From Antechinus flavipes (taxonomy: Eukaryota): a stretch of DNA of 64,000 nucleotides. Positions 37,941-52,800 of this stretch are shown here, one piece after another. Made by a program: the position numbers and the translations under genes. The notes under the pieces are model-generated. The model saw only the letters and a list, made by a program, of their open reading frames with translations, made no database searches and was not told the origin of the DNA. Position 1 is the stretch's first letter. Every line of letters begins with the position of its first letter. The stretch lies in NCBI RefSeq assembly GCF_016432865.1, contig NC_067401.1, forward strand, positions 323,578,001 to 323,642,000, written 5' to 3'.

Positions 37941-40771
37941 AAATGAATGAAGATAAAGGAATGACTAAACACTTGATGCATGATATGTTTCTTCTAATGT
38001 TCAATTTAATGACAAAGGAAAAAAAAGCAAACAGATTTGTCCTCTACAATAGGGATTTATGCAGTCAATGTCAGCCTACATCAGACTGAAAGACATTTAG
38101 GAGAGAACAAATCAGATCAGATCATGCATCATAAAACAGTCTTTCTAGCATCTCTAATAATCTAGTCTCTTCAATAGCCTGATCAACTTTTTATCTCCTT
38201 ATCTGGAAACAGATGTCTCTTCCAGAAAAGCTATCTATGCAAAGCATTACATGGCAAAATAGGTTTAAATTAGGCTGCCATAATCAATTTTTGTTGGCAA
38301 GAAACATTCAATTAAGGCTACACTTAGGCTAACAAAGGCATTTCTAAAATGCTTTCACTTTTTCTAAATTTTGCTAGATGTTTTAGTGACTAATTTTTTC
38401 ACTTTTTAAAAAGAAACAACTACTCACTCACCAACTGCAGCCCATTGAACAGTGGAATCAGCTGTAGACTCCAGAGAATATATTACACTCATTATCAACA
38501 TGAATTCCAGAGCACTGAATGAGAAAATTTAACAGGCTCATGCCCCATTCTGAAATAGCTCTCCTTGTCACCTAAAAATTAACTTTTTCATGTAGTTTGG
38601 ATGTATCTTCCACCTGATTAAAGGAGAACACTCCAGCTCACCAAAGATACTTCTGTACTCTGTAACTTCCCAATTCTCCAGGCTTATGTAAATTATGCTA
38701 ATAAACCTTCTCTCCCCTCCCCACACCAAACTGCTTCTTCATTCTGCAGCTGCAGAGTGCCACAGATAGCTTCTTGTATGATCTGACTTAAAATGCACCC
38801 CAAAGTAGATATGTAGAATGGCCAAGTGAATGACTCATTGACAAATAAAGTATGTAGATTGTTTTAGATAACATAATTGTGGCAAAGGTGCTGGTGCAGA
38901 AAGTCTTAAAGAAAAAATTTCTTAAGTTCTTTGTTAGGCTTCTAATATTAAAAAAAGACAAAGATATTTAGTATACCTTATTACCCAGTGTAAATGTGGA
39001 AAAGGAGGGGAAAAAATGATTCTCACTTTTATTCTTGTGGCTCAATAGAACAAGTATCAAACTTAAAGCCAGAAGATCTGAGTCAAAATCGCATCTTTTA
39101 CCTATTACACATGTGACTTTAAACAAATTACAACCCCTCTGGACCTCATTTTCCTCATCTGTGAGGTCTCTGACAGCTCTAAAACTAAAGCAACTGAGAA
39201 AAAAATAACTTGTATTTTCTTATCTGCATTTAAATGTCAGAGAAGCATTTTGCATTGACGCCGGGAAACAACTTCTACAAAATTATATTTATTGTCAATA
39301 CTGTAGAGATGGATAAGTATCTTATCACTTATCACCAATATTCTGGAGGCGAAGGAAATTTTTAGGGGAAAAAAGTCCTGAATAACTCTCTAAGATTCTG
39401 GCTTGCAAAACAGTTGCTGACATGGATTGGCCAAAGAAATAGCCTCATCAGTTACAAATCCTTGTAACAAGAAGTCATAGTTTAGGACCAAAAAAAAGAT
39501 AATATAACCTTATATTTTTACTATATTGTACATATATTTGATAATGATGAACTCAAGGCAGACAATTTGTACCAAATAGAGAGTAATGATTTCAAGATTC
39601 TCTAGATAAGTAATTAGACCTTTCACAGCTTTAATTTCCTCATCTGTTTCATGGGGAAAAAAATAGCACAACCTCACTGGTTGGTTGCGAGAATCAAATG
39701 ATACAATTTGTAAATCTTAAGTATTATAAAAATGTTAATTATTTTTATTATTGTGTTGTTGTTGTTGTTATTATTGAGTCTTCTTGATCAATTAATAAAC
39801 AAACATTTATTAAGTGCCTCCAGGCACTATGCCTAATAAAATAAATCACAATCCTATGTATTGTAATTGCTGATACAAAAGAATATTATAGTCACCATCT
39901 TACCTCCCCATCTTTTTACTTTCCTGAGTTCTAACAATTAAAAGGAACAAAATTTCAATTCTCCATTGTTTTTTATTTCATCATTCTAGCCTGTTTAAAA
40001 AGGCAGTTGAAAACTAAAATAAAATGATCAGAAAATCATACACATATCTAAGCTTAGATAATAAAAATAGTAGCTAGGGAACATAGAGACTTCTACTCTA
40101 CTGACATGTTCTCTTAAAAAAATGAACTTTAGTCATATCGTGTTTGCTCACTAGTTTCACAAAACTACACAGATTATATAAGGCACAAAAGCCACTTACA
40201 ATAGTGTTCACTACACTTTAATGAATTAGACAAGTTCAACAAAGATGAAAATTTATTATAATATCAAGATATTAAAGAAAAATTGGTCAAACTTCTGATA
40301 AAAAAATAACTAGGATTTTCCAAAAATCAGTTAGCAGCTTTTAAAATTTGTATTGCAATTCCTCTTCCACTAAAGTCCTACCACGAAGTATCATCAAGGC
40401 ACAAAAATGCTGCTGGCTTCTTAAATACAAAGCCTGTAGAAAGAAGAAAAGCTCTTTACTTGGAAAAAGTTTTGAGAGCAGACCTAACGACAGACAGCCT
40501 ACCATCCATGGAAGGACAAGAGAAACTAATCTTGGTGAAAATCAACAGCAGAAGATTGATCACCAGGTTATCATTATTACCTTGCTTTGAGTTTGAGCAA
40601 CTTGTGAAGACTATCTGCATAAAGGGGTTGCAATTTTAACAGAAGTAGAGGGTATCCACATCGATGGATCTTTGAACATCTGAACTTTTACAACATTAAC
40701 TACTATTAACAAACACCATATTAAATATTATATTTATATATAATATAATACTTATTAATTAATAATATATG

Positions 40772-40930
40772 NNNNNNNNNNNNNNNNNNNNNNNNNNNNN
40801 NNNNNNNNNNNNNNNNNNNNNNNNNNNNNNNNNNNNNNNNNNNNNNNNNNNNNNNNNNNNNNNNNNNNNNNNNNNNNNNNNNNNNNNNNNNNNNNNNNNN
40901 NNNNNNNNNNNNNNNNNNNNNNNNNNNNNN
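40772..40930. other. Assembly gap (159 N) inside an AT-rich low-complexity tract
   Basis: N run flanked by (TA/TAA)-rich sequence. Confidence 0.99.
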
Positions 40931-41823
40931 ATAATATTTAACAGTGCCACTTGCTGAGTCTCAATTGAACATATTCCACAGATAACCTGTCCACCACTGT
41001 ATTCTCTTTTCATCAGGCTTTCACCAAAGACAATAGGGATCTAAAGGAATTCACTTGTATCTCTAAAGAAAAAAAAAAAGACAAGAGTAGAGAGGGAAGA
41101 GGGAAAAGATGCATACAGAATTTGTTAGTGCTTCAAGCATCCCAATTATCCTGCTTATACAAATTAAATGAATGGATTCAATGGTATCTCAATTCAAACT
41201 ACTTCGAATTTAATAAAAACTGAAGTGCACAGAATTTATGTTCAAGTCTTTGCCTCCCCACAACAAATAATGTGTACTCATGCTGAAAAGGCTGTACAAT
41301 TCCAGATGACATTGAACTTCTTAACTCATATAGAGTAATACTACAGATGTACAGTTATGTTTTTGTAATATTTATCATATAACTACTTAATTCAGAAGAC
41401 ATTTTTTTCAAAATGTTAATCTCATTTGAAATCACACATTGAAGAATAGAATTATTTTACATACTTTAGGCCAAAAGTCCTTTTTAATGAGATGAGCTTA
41501 AATGAATGATTGTAGTTTATTAAACAATCATTCTAGATATTCCTTCCAAGTACAAAATATCAAGAGTAATATGTCTTTGGTGTTTATTGCAGAAACACCA
41601 AATGCGAGAATTATAGAGATGCATAATTTAATTTAGCACAATCTGAATGATTCCAGTACATGATGATTTTCAATTGCTTGTGATAACTAGATAACTAGAC
41701 ATCATGGGAAGATCAGCATGGGAGCAAAGGAAAAACAAAAATCAATACTCCTCTGAATGAATCAATTCATTCCTGGCAAAAAAAGCCTACCAGCCTGCAG
41801 GCTTTTACAGGGAAAGTTGGGTT

Positions 41824-41854
<31 letters not shown>

Positions 41855-42589
41855 GGGCCTTGTGCATGTTTTTTTTTTCTTCTCATGCTTTTCTGAAATA
41901 TTACTCCATAAACAGCTGTGTGTCCCTGGGAGGGAAGATGAAGAAAGAGAAAATAAGCAGAGATGCTGACAGTTGAATACTTACAGTGATATTTCCTACT
42001 CATCCAAACTTCAAAGTTCAGTTAGGGTTTACATTAATGATTCCTTGCTAAACTCATTCTGCAAAAATATTCCATTTTTCAACTCTTTAAATGTATACAG
42101 GAAGAAAAAAACCTGTTTTAATAGAATAAATTAAATAGAACCTAAAAATATAGCTGCTTATCCAATTATAAGACATCATTTTTTGAAAATAAAACTATAG
42201 CTGATGCTAAGAGGATAATATAGTCATAGCTAAGTAAATATGAACTACTTTGGTTTAAAATGGTAAAATAACCCAAATCATGGACCTTTTACTCCAATAC
42301 AGGATATTAAATGTATTCTAATAAAACATTATGAGATGTTTTTTATTATCTAAAAAAGTACATTTTTTAAAGAAAAGGAAAGCTTAAAGATTACTATAGA
42401 TCTATCTATCTGGATTTGAAAAATCTAAATATTGTACCAATAATAAGAATCAGCAAAATACCTTTGTCTGATAAAGATTTTCTTTATCTTCTTTGCATTT
42501 TTTAATATTCCCCCAAAATTCTTCTGCTTCCCTTAAACCATATTCCAAATTTTCTGTTCCTTACTATGAATTATGATTGTCCCTTTGTA

Positions 42590-44302
42590 TGGTCATTCAG
42601 TCCATAAGAATATATTAAGCACTTACTATGTGCCAAACCCTGTGCTAAGTGCTGATGAAACAAATGAAAAATAAAAAAAGAAAGAAAGAAAGAAAAAAAG
42701 ACGGCCTCTGTTCTTAAGGAGGACACAGTCTAACAGGGGATACAAGAAGCAAATAAATAAATAACAAAAAAGGACAAACAAGCTATATACAGATTAAATA
42801 GAAAATCGTTAAGATAGGGAAGGCTCTAGAATTAAGGGCGGTTTGACTAAGGATTTCTGTAAAAAATAGGATTTTAATTGGGATATTAAGGAAGTCAGGG
42901 AAGGTAGAGAAGAAAAGGATCAGGTATAACCAGAGAAAATGTCCAGAGCTTAGAAATGGAAAGGAAGTCAGTTTCATTGGACAGAAGGATATGTGTGTCA
43001 GGAAGTAAGGTATGAAAAAACTGGAAAGGAGGAGAAGGAAGGAGATATGATGGCTAGGTAATAAAGGGATTTGAACACCAGAAAACTTTGCATTTGTTAC
43101 TAGAGGTAATACGGTAATAGAGAGCCCCTAAAGTTTGTGGAAGGGGTTGGGGATAGGGGCAGGAAAATTAACACGGCCACTCCTATGTTTTAGGAAAAGC
43201 ACTTTGATGGAAGATTGATTGGAATGAGAACTGACTTGTGACAGGCAGATCAAGCTATTGCAATAATTCAAGTAAATGGTAATTCAGGGACTGTGTTAGA
43301 TTAGTGGCAGTTTCAGAAGAGAGAAGGGAACATAATTTAGAGATACTGAAAAGACAAATTCAAAAGGCCTTGGCAACAGATTGGATGTGGGGGTGAGAAA
43401 TAATGAGGAGTGGAGAATGACAGCTAGATTATGAACCTAGGGATTGGAAGGATGATGTGGTCTCTTTCAGTAATAGAGAAGAGGACAGGGAGAGTTTAGG
43501 GGACTGATGAGTTCAGTCTGGGACATGTTAGGTTTAAGGTGTCCACTGGATAGCCAGTCTGAGATGTCTGAAAGGCAAATGGACACGTGAAGCCAGACAG
43601 AGAAATTATAGCAGGCTAAGAAGATTTAAAACTGATGAGATCACCAAATGAAGTAGTATAGAAGGAGAAGGTAGAGAAATACTGTGGGACAATTTTGGCT
43701 TGAAGACATGACCTGGATGAGGATCCAGCAAAATAGTCTGATAAGTAGGAAGGAGAACCAGGAGAATGACTCCAAATCTGATGCATTTTCTAGTGGCAAT
43801 TCATGGTTTATTGTCAGTGTAAAGAGAGGTCTATGATGAATTGCCACAGAAATTTATTCTTGTTCTGTTCATCATTTGACAAATGACATGAATAAAGGAA
43901 TAAATGCCCTATTAAATTTATAGATGACACAGATCGGTTATGGATGACTATCATACTGAATCAAGACACAAAAAACTATGTGGATGTCTACAGGTCCACA
44001 GTAAGGAGCCAAATTTGAGAAGCAGAGTGGTTAGAGTGTTATCCCAAAAAACTAGAGAGAAGTTATATTAAGGAGAAAAAGGTAAAATAACAGTTCAAAG
44101 GATTCTGAGAAGTAAAGATGAATGAAGGCTGAAAAAAAGCCATAAGACTGGACTGTTAGATCACTGGAAATATTAGAGAGCAGTTTTGGTAAAATGATAA
44201 AATCATAACTCAATTATAGAAGTATAAAAAGACTAAGAGGAGTGAAAGTAAATACCTTGACTATAAATGGTCTCAAGGAGCTTAGAAAGGTCAGAAGAGA
44301 TT

Positions 44303-44333
<31 letters not shown>

Positions 44334-46760
44334 AAAAACCCACCATTATTCAAGGGGATGGAAGGATCCAATAAGAGTTTTTTGAAGATGTGGGGAGAAG
44401 AATCCTTGAACATGTTTGTAGACAGTAATGGAAGAAGCCAGGGACCAAAGATGAGTGAGATAATGAGGATGACTAACTTTTACAAAAGGTAATTAATCCA
44501 GTGCTACAACAGTTCTGTTCACTGACCAATCTCTTTTCCCAGTTAGAAATATCTTTGACCTCAACAAGCATGCTGTGATTTAGCCTAATTATGTCAATCT
44601 ATCTTTTCATTTTGCCCACCTCACTCCATTCTCTATGGTTAAAAAAAAAAAGTGTTATGGTTCTGCAGAACAATTAAGTACTACAATTCAACTGTTCTTG
44701 TGCTTCAGTACAAAATTCCACTCTATTGTCAAGAGTGGGAAATCTATCCATTAATGCACATTTCACTCATTTATACTTTAGGAGAAAGTCTTTATAAGTT
44801 GCTATGAGCAAAACTTCATTCTGCAACATTGATAAATGTTGCCAATAACCTTCTGGTGATTAGCTTATGAGGCCTTGACTAGGCTGGTGTTCAGATAATA
44901 GACATATAATTTTCACCAGGTCAAAACTGAAAGCTTTTCTAGTGTGAAAGAACCTGCCAGAATTTGCTATCTTTTTGAGAGCCCAAGGTCACTTCAAAAA
45001 TACAATGAGGATTCATTATAGAATTTAATGTTAATGTGTAGCTATATTTTAGATTAAATAAGGTTTTAAGAATTCAACTATCCTTTATAACTTTTTTATA
45101 AAAATCCAATACAATAAACACTTAGTAAGAATCTGTTGTATGCAGAGCTGTATGCTAGGTACTAGAAAATAAAAAGATTAAACAAAACATGGTCCCTTAT
45201 CTGCACTTTACATACTAATGGCATAATCCCAATACAGCTATACAAATTAAATGCATTTAAAGTATAAGTATTATGTGAGAATAAAGGGGTAAAATCACTA
45301 GTGGTGGATTGAAATGTGTGTGAGGGTGGGCTGTGATCAAGGAAGGCCTTTGGATGGTGGCAGTGAAATTTTAGATGGACTTTAAAAGTTGGCCTTGACT
45401 TAACAAAGATAGGGAGAAAGGCCATTCAAAGAAGATAGTCTGAGTCCAAGTACTGAATATGTAAAAGTATAGTGTCTGTTATTGGAAAGGAGAATATAGA
45501 ATGTGTGGAGAGGAGTAAAGTCAGATAATCCTAGGAAAGCTTTGGGAATCACTGATTTGAGAATGTAAAAACAAAAATAAAACTGAAGGATGCAAAATTC
45601 ATTCTTTCTTTTTTCCACCATTTTCTACTCCAATATTTTAAAAATTGTACCTGTAGCTTGTTGCTCATAATTTTAGAAGAGGTAAAATAGAAGTATTTTT
45701 GTCAGCTAGGTGGAAAGAACACAGGACTAAGAGTTAAGAAGAGCTAAATATTAATATTGCTTCCAACATCTGCTAGAATCTGAGAGCCTGGTAAGTCACT
45801 TAACTCCCCTAAGCTGCATTTTCCTCATCTATAAAATGTTGACAACAATTATAACTAATTGCAACCTTACAAGCTTATAGTACAAATAGACAATCTATGT
45901 CTATAAAGTATTTTTCAACCTTAAAATACTACATAAATGTTAGCTATTATTATGTTGTTGCCATTTCCCTCGAACACCTACCTATTTACTGTCTTCCTCT
46001 ACTCTGTTATGTGTAGGGACAAGAATTTATGTGGTATCTAAACTTTCACAGATATTGTAATGTCTCCCAGTTCACTAGTGTGATTACAATTCTGCACAAA
46101 CATAAAAACAGGCATTAACAGAGTTGGCTGAATATGTATGTGTGTGTATATGCAGACATAGATACTATATACACATATCTAGACACAGATACATATGTAT
46201 GCACGAATGTGTGCACATTATCTTGGAGGTGATACAGCAAATGAAAAAGTTTTAGCTACGTAACAAGATCAAATCTAAATATAACAAAGATCATTCTGAG
46301 AAAATATGAAGGATCAATTGAAGACGCAGGAGAGTGGATGTGGGAAGTTTATGGCAAAATTTCAGGCAGGAGGAAGTGAGGGTCTGAAATAGGATGGAAG
46401 CTAGGATATATTATAAGAGAAGAGACTGATGCAAAAGCTATAAAAACTAACTCAAATGAGCCTGATAATTAATTAGCTAGGAAAGGCAACAAGAAAAGGA
46501 GACTAAGATACTTCCAACATTATAAAGATGGGTAATCAAGGGATTGGTGGGACTAAAGACAATAATAGATCAGAAGGAAGAGTCAAGAGAGAGAGGAAGT
46601 TAGTAAACTTAGTTTTGAACATGTTTAATCAGAGGGATATCCAGAAGGAGAGAAGGAGTCTAAAGATCAGAAATAAGATCTGAACTAGATAAAAAGTGTC
46701 ATCTACAAAGAAGTGGTAATTGTAGTTATTGGAATGACCAAGATTAGTCAGAGTATATAG
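42590..46760 (-). mobile_element. Cluster of fragmented L2 LINE remnants (about 42590-43800, 44000-44470, 45100-45580, 46300-46760) with an interleaved plus-strand CR1 piece at about 43840-43990
   Basis: L2 3' end reverse complement (TATTAAGCACTTACTATGTGCCA..CCCTGTGCTAAGTGCT) followed by purine-rich L2 body sequence. The CR1 piece reads ~VLFII.TNDM.KGI..L.(FADD-like). Boundaries are approximate. Confidence 0.65.
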
Positions 46761-47349
46761 AAAGGAATCAAGATTTCAAGTACTATTCCTCCCCAAAGTC
46801 AGCAGTAAACTTTGATGTACTGAGAAAATAGCTGTGAAGATCATTTAGGTATTGAAGACTTACTTTGGGATTTAATATGTCATTCGTTCTTCAAGAGGAC
46901 CATGGCTTCAGGAAGGTAATGCCATGACATGCAAGTGAAGTGGATTTGAGTGAGGGAGGGTCACCATCGGGATCCAATGGCCAGATATAGTTCAGGAGAA
47001 CTGGAGATGGCTGTCTCAGAGCAGTGAGATGGGGAAGTGGATGACCCAGAGCCTTGGGTCAAGAAAATCTGAGTTCAAATTCAGACTCAGATGCTTAATA
47101 GCTGAGTGACTTCCCACAAATCACTTAACCTCTGGCTTTCTTAGCTTCTTGAACAATCAAATGTGGATAATAATAGCACTCACTGTTGAAAATTGGTGTA
47201 AGAAAAAAAGATATTTGCAAAGAACTTTGCAAAGCTTAAAATTTTATGTAAATGCTAGCTACTTTCATTATTACTATCATAAGTATTCCAAAAAATACAA
47301 ATGAAATTAATAACAATAACAACAATACCTTCTAGTATTTATATATTTC

Positions 47350-47592
47350 ACCTATCTTTCAGTCATACCCAACCCTTGATGATCCCAATTGGGGTGGTCT
47401 GGCAATGATATAGAATGGTTTGCCATTTCTTTCTCTAGTTCATTTTTATAGATGAGGAAACTGAGACAAACAAGATGAAATAGCTTGCCCAGAGTCACAT
47501 GGCTAGTAGTGTCTGCGGATGAATTTGAACTCAAGAAGATGAGTCTTCCTGACTCCAGACCCAGCACTCTATCCACTATGCAATCTAGCTGT
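47350..47592 (-). mobile_element. Mar1-type CORE-SINE
   Basis: Contains GGTTTGCCATTTC.TTCTC.AG.TCATTTT..AGATGAGGAAACTGAG.CAAAC and a tRNA-like head (reverse complement). A similar copy lies at about 49860-50085. Confidence 0.8.
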
Positions 47593-48824
47593 CCCAGAAT
47601 TTATTTAGGACCAGACAAAATAATTCCATAGTTGAGAATGATAAGAATAATATCCACTTACATCTTAAAAGTTGTTCTTCAAATTGTTCTAACATTTTGC
47701 TCTATTTCTTTTATTCATTAGTTTGCTACTTGCAGGCAGGGCTATCTTGCAGATAGTAAACGACAATACTTTGCAAACTTCCAGTGTCTTATGTAATGAT
47801 CTCCTTTCCCAAGTTGACAATATCTTCCATTTCATCCAAAGTTCATACATTTAACTAGAATGTATCGCTGATTTCTCAATTTAATTTAACCAATATATAT
47901 CTATGTTAATAATTATCCTTCAGAGATGACTTGTTACTAGACTTTTAAAAAAATTCCTATCATCCATTCTTTTTTTTCTCTTTACTTTCAGTTTATATAT
48001 ACATTAAAAGGTAATAAGTACTGTCATGTATATAATATTTGTTCTTTTGTCTTTGCTTTGCAATGTTTAAACAAGAAAGCAAACATAGCCAGCTGTATAA
48101 GCAGCACACAAATTCATATAACCCCTCTATAGTCGCTTTTCTTCAGCCTTATTGACATATGGGGCCAAGACTATTCCTATGAAGCTCCCTTTTGCTTGGT
48201 ACAGTTCCATATCATGATTTATTGAGTAGTTGTATATTTTGACCAAATTTTAAAAAGGCAAGGAAAGAGTGAAATATCAAAGCTTAAATTTTATAGATGA
48301 TATTCTATTACTTTTAGTTGTAAAACAAAAATAATTTATTTTAGATTTTAGAATGCATTTAAGTTTTGCTAACTGAAACAGTTCAAGAATCAGAAAACAT
48401 GAAAAGAGAAATGTGCCAAACCAGGAAGAAAAAAGTTTTCTAGAGTGACAATGGAGTGATATAGCTAATAAGACTGACATATCCAAGTAGAGAAAAAATA
48501 AATATACTGACACCACAAATAGCAGCTAAATTTACAGCTCCCATTAAATGGCAATTCAGACACAGTTGCATTAGAATTTAAGCAGGGTTAGGTCATTTGT
48601 TAAATCCACTTCCATATGTAGAAAATTTTTTGTTCTTCAATTATTTTTCTATCTTGTCCTTCTCTTCATGATTCCAAGCTTTTTAGCATATTTTCAAACA
48701 TGTTGACAAACATGACATCAAAGTCAGCTACCACACCTATGATAAATTCCTCATTTTGAAAAGCTACAAGCCAAAACTAAAATGGAGGGAGTATTGGTTT
48801 ATGGGTTTTTTTTGTTTACAGAGG

Positions 48825-49860
48825 TTTGCAGTCTCTGAAACCGAGATGCAACAAAGCATGAATTAATTCTCTGCTGCTTGTGCTAATTTTTGCCTAACAA
48901 TTAACACGAAGAAAACACGTACTTCATCAGCCAGCACCTCACCATCTTTATGTGAAACAATCGGTCACAGCAAATGGTGAAATTTTGAATACTAAGTTCA
49001 CTTACCTTGACAGTGTACTTTTCGGGGATTTACACACTGTTAATAAGATTGACATACTGCCAGAACTAGCTCAGTATTTGAGAGGCTCCAAAAGAAAGTA
49101 TGGGAGAGCAGAAGTATTAGACTGACTACCAAACTGAAGGTCTACAGAACCGTTGTGCTGACCTCATTGTTGCATATCTGTAAAACCTGGATAATTACCA
49201 GGTTCAATTGAGTTAATCTTTTATAGCTTTTAGATCAGTCTCTTCTCTTATAATATGTCCCAGCCTCCATCCTAATTCAGACCCTCACTTCCTCCTGCTT
49301 GAAATTTTACAATAAACTGAATTGCTTCCATTTGAATTGTCTTAGGAAGATTCTGAAGATTACCTGGCAGAATAAAATACCAGAAACTAGGTCTTTTCTC
49401 AAACTAAACTGCCAAATATTCAAAGTCTACTGCTGGCCACACTGTTAGAATACCAAATGTACACTTGCCCAAAAAGATTATTTTTGGAGAGAACTCACAC
49501 AGGGCAAATGTTCACAAGGTGATTAGAAAAAGCAATGCAAGGACACTCTCAAGATCTCTCTTAAGAAGTTTAGAATTGATTTATGAAATGGGAGACACTA
49601 GCACAGGACTGCCTAACATAACATGCCTTTATTAGAGAAAGTGCTGTGCTCTATGAACAAAACAGAATTAGACCAGAAGAAATGTGAGATACACCAACTT
49701 AGAAAAATTTCCCCATAGGTTCACTGGGACTACTGTTTCCAACCTGTGTTAGAGCATTCTGAACTCATTTTGGTCAAAACTGTCACAGTCAAACACATTG
49801 TAAACTCAATTCTAATATAGGGATATCATTCTTCAAGAACAAATGACACCAATCAACCAT
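48825..49860 (+). mobile_element. RTE (BovB-related) LINE 3' part, interrupted by a ~110-bp L2-like segment at 49203-49313
   Basis: Degenerate translation ARTSSVFERLQKKVWE.R.IRLTTKLKVYR.VVLTSLL..C.TW / KLN.FHLNCLRKILKITWQ.KIP, typical of the RTE ORF C-terminal region. Confidence 0.88.
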
Positions 49861-52800
49861 GTCCTACTCTTCATGATTCCATTTGGAGTTTTCTTAGCAA
49901 AAGTACTGAAATGGTTTGCCATTTCCTTCTCGATCTCATTTTACAGGAAACTAAGGCAAATGGTAAAATTGTGCCCAGGGTCACAAAACTATTAAGGGTC
50001 TAACTAGCTGGAATTGAATTCAGGAAGATGAGTTTGTCTGATTCCAGGCCTAGCACACTATCCACTATGCCACTTAAATGCCCTTTGTGGAAAATAGTTA
50101 CTGCAAACTATTAAGTCTTCTTAGGACCTTTTTTTTTTTTTTTAAATTACATTTAACTTAATGGAAACTTCCCAACTATTGCCCAAAATCCTCTTCCAAG
50201 TATACTTCCTGAAAACTATTAAATCCTATATTCTTCTCTGAATTCTAATGTCCTTTAATGTTGAATGCTCTGCTAATTCTTTGAGAAAGTTATCATGCAG
50301 AAGGAACATTAAGCTAGGAAAAGGCAGCTTTTTTTCTGTAGGCTTTTAATTACTTAAGAAGATTGGTAATTAAAACTATGCATCCAACATAGTACTCATG
50401 AGTATTCAGAGAAGAATATAGGGAACTTTGAGTTAGTTGGGAAGTTTCCATTATGTCAAAATAATGTAATTTTTTTCTAGAACTTCCCAAAAATGATTCA
50501 TTTATTTTGGAGGGAACCCTACTGATTAGAAATCAATTTCCCATCAGTGAATTTTAGTGATTTTAGGATTATTGTCCTAATAAGAATGTGTTATTTACTG
50601 GATATTTGGCAAGTTTGCAAATTTATCCATATAAGCTAATAGTATGGAAGGAGTTTGATTTTAATTGTAAAATAAATTTCCAGGATTGAGAAATTCATAT
50701 TAATAAAATTTTGGATTTTTTTTTTTTTACTTTGAAAAAAATCCTCCCAATTCAAGGATCCTATAGTAAACAATAACTAAAGCAAAAGTGTTTTTAATAA
50801 GTAAAAACTAATAAAATATTTTACTATTACTTAAAAACCATCTTAGAATAATAGAATTGTATAGGCAAAAAGGATGTTAAAGACCATTTAGTACAATCCC
50901 TTCACTCACTTTGTAGATGAGAGCCCTGAGGTCCTAAGAGGTTAAAAAGTAACTTGCTCCAAATCACACAGGTAGTAAGAAGCAGAATTAGTATCTGAAT
51001 CCAGGTCCTCTGACTCCAAAACCATTATTTTCTTCAATACCAAAATATCTATGTTTATACAACACTATTTCTCAACAAAAAAACAATATATATTAGAGTA
51101 TAGGAAGAAAAAAACTCAAAAAGTTGGTTTAAAGAAGAGCTCAAAAGAACTGAAATAAATAATATGAAAAATGAAAAATAAAATAGACACAAAATAGTAA
51201 CCACTCAGTGGCTGAGACCTCACTTATTTACTTCTCATTCCTGACTATCTTTTCACTAATTATTGAGAGTTCAAAAATAGGTAAAATGTACTCGTTCTTG
51301 CTATGGACCTCTTCATGTGGACAAGACTGTCCACAAAGAGTACTTGAGTCAGTGGTTTTCCAAACTGTAGGCTGTGCTTGAAGAACAGAATTAGAATTGA
51401 TCTTCATTTGTCACTTTCAGATTCTACTTCTATAAAAACTTTAGATTAACAGCTGCCCTATGCTGCCAATATAGTTATTTTGACTCTGTAAGTGAACTTA
51501 AATTATTTTAAAATAGTTTTAAAATAAATATTTAAAAGATTACATTTTACATTTGGCAAAGTATTCAAAACTTACTTGATTAGTACACATTGAACCAAAC
51601 AGAGGACAAACAAAGTAAGAAAGGAGCATATTCTTTGGTGATTCTGAATATGGTAGGCCTTAGAGAAAGGACTCCCAATGTGGAACATGAAACTAGATTT
51701 AAGTATGAATTAGATCATCTTTTTATGATTACAAAATTCCAAGTAAATTCAAGCATAAACCAACCTCTGGCAAAGGATCAAGACTCTTATAAGAACAACA
51801 TTTGAAAAAGAATGTTAAGAAAAAACAAGTATCTAAAATTTTACATCAAAAAGAAAAAATTAACATTAATATAAAATCATAACAAAATCTTAGGATGAGC
51901 CTTTGAGGTAATATTGCTAAAATCAATATTCAAGTCCTAGTCAATTAATTTTTATTACTATGATCTTTTTTCCTGTGTAGTGTATCAGCAAATAATAATC
52001 CAAGATTCCTGGTCTATTTTCTAATCTAGTTCCTGAAGTCTGTCTGAGGAACACTCACACTTTGATCTTTGGTATAATATGGTTGAAGTGAGAATAAAAT
52101 AAGTTCAGAAACAGAAATTTAAGATTACTGTCATCTGGGAAATGTCTACTTCATCTTTGTTAATTAAGATTACTGATACTAATAACTGATTCTTTGCAAA
52201 ATTTATTCTTTCCCTGAAAAGCACAGAATGCATTTTTTCCCTCCATAACACTATCTTAATCAATGCATTTCACCTGAGAATGAACATTCAATTGCCAAAA
52301 GAAATTGAAATTATTGATCTTTATATTCAAATAAGACGTGTTAAGTTTAATTTTACCTTTCTGGCCTAGCAAACAGGTGGGCAAACATCCACAAACAGAA
52401 GAATCAACCACTGGACAAATGCTATGATTTTAATACTTGGGCACAATAGACTAGATAAATGTGAAAGATCTGGCTACATAATGCAGCACCCAAGTTAAGC
52501 TTTTAGAATATGAAAGGTATACTAAATAAAATTGGTTGTTTAATAATAAATGTTATTCAAAACAAAAGAAAATCTTTCATTCAAAGATTTCTCTTTTAAT
52601 GACAGGAAGTCGCATTTTTGTTCATTTTATATATGCTTATTTATTTATAAATATTTACAGACTACAATACATAATACTGGCCATTGTGGATCAAACTCAT
52701 GGTTCAACTGGCCCACTTTTATTTGGCAATGTTTCTCATATTTTAAATATATACTAATCTCCTTTATCATGGATCTGTTATGAATTAATTTATTTAAACC

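Noticed and set aside
40340-40690. ORF 40348-40590 as a gene
   Set aside because: Only a weak RPNDRQP motif resembling the RTE RMPDDRLP motif; it is more likely a very old LINE scrap, too weak to annotate.
52340-52430. Possible upstream NHSL1 first exon ending ...GGCCAGAAAG|gtaaaa
   Set aside because: The nearby ATG gives phase 2, which is incompatible with exon 2. The phase-1 frame has an upstream stop and no ATG. There is no match to NHSL1 N-termini I recall.
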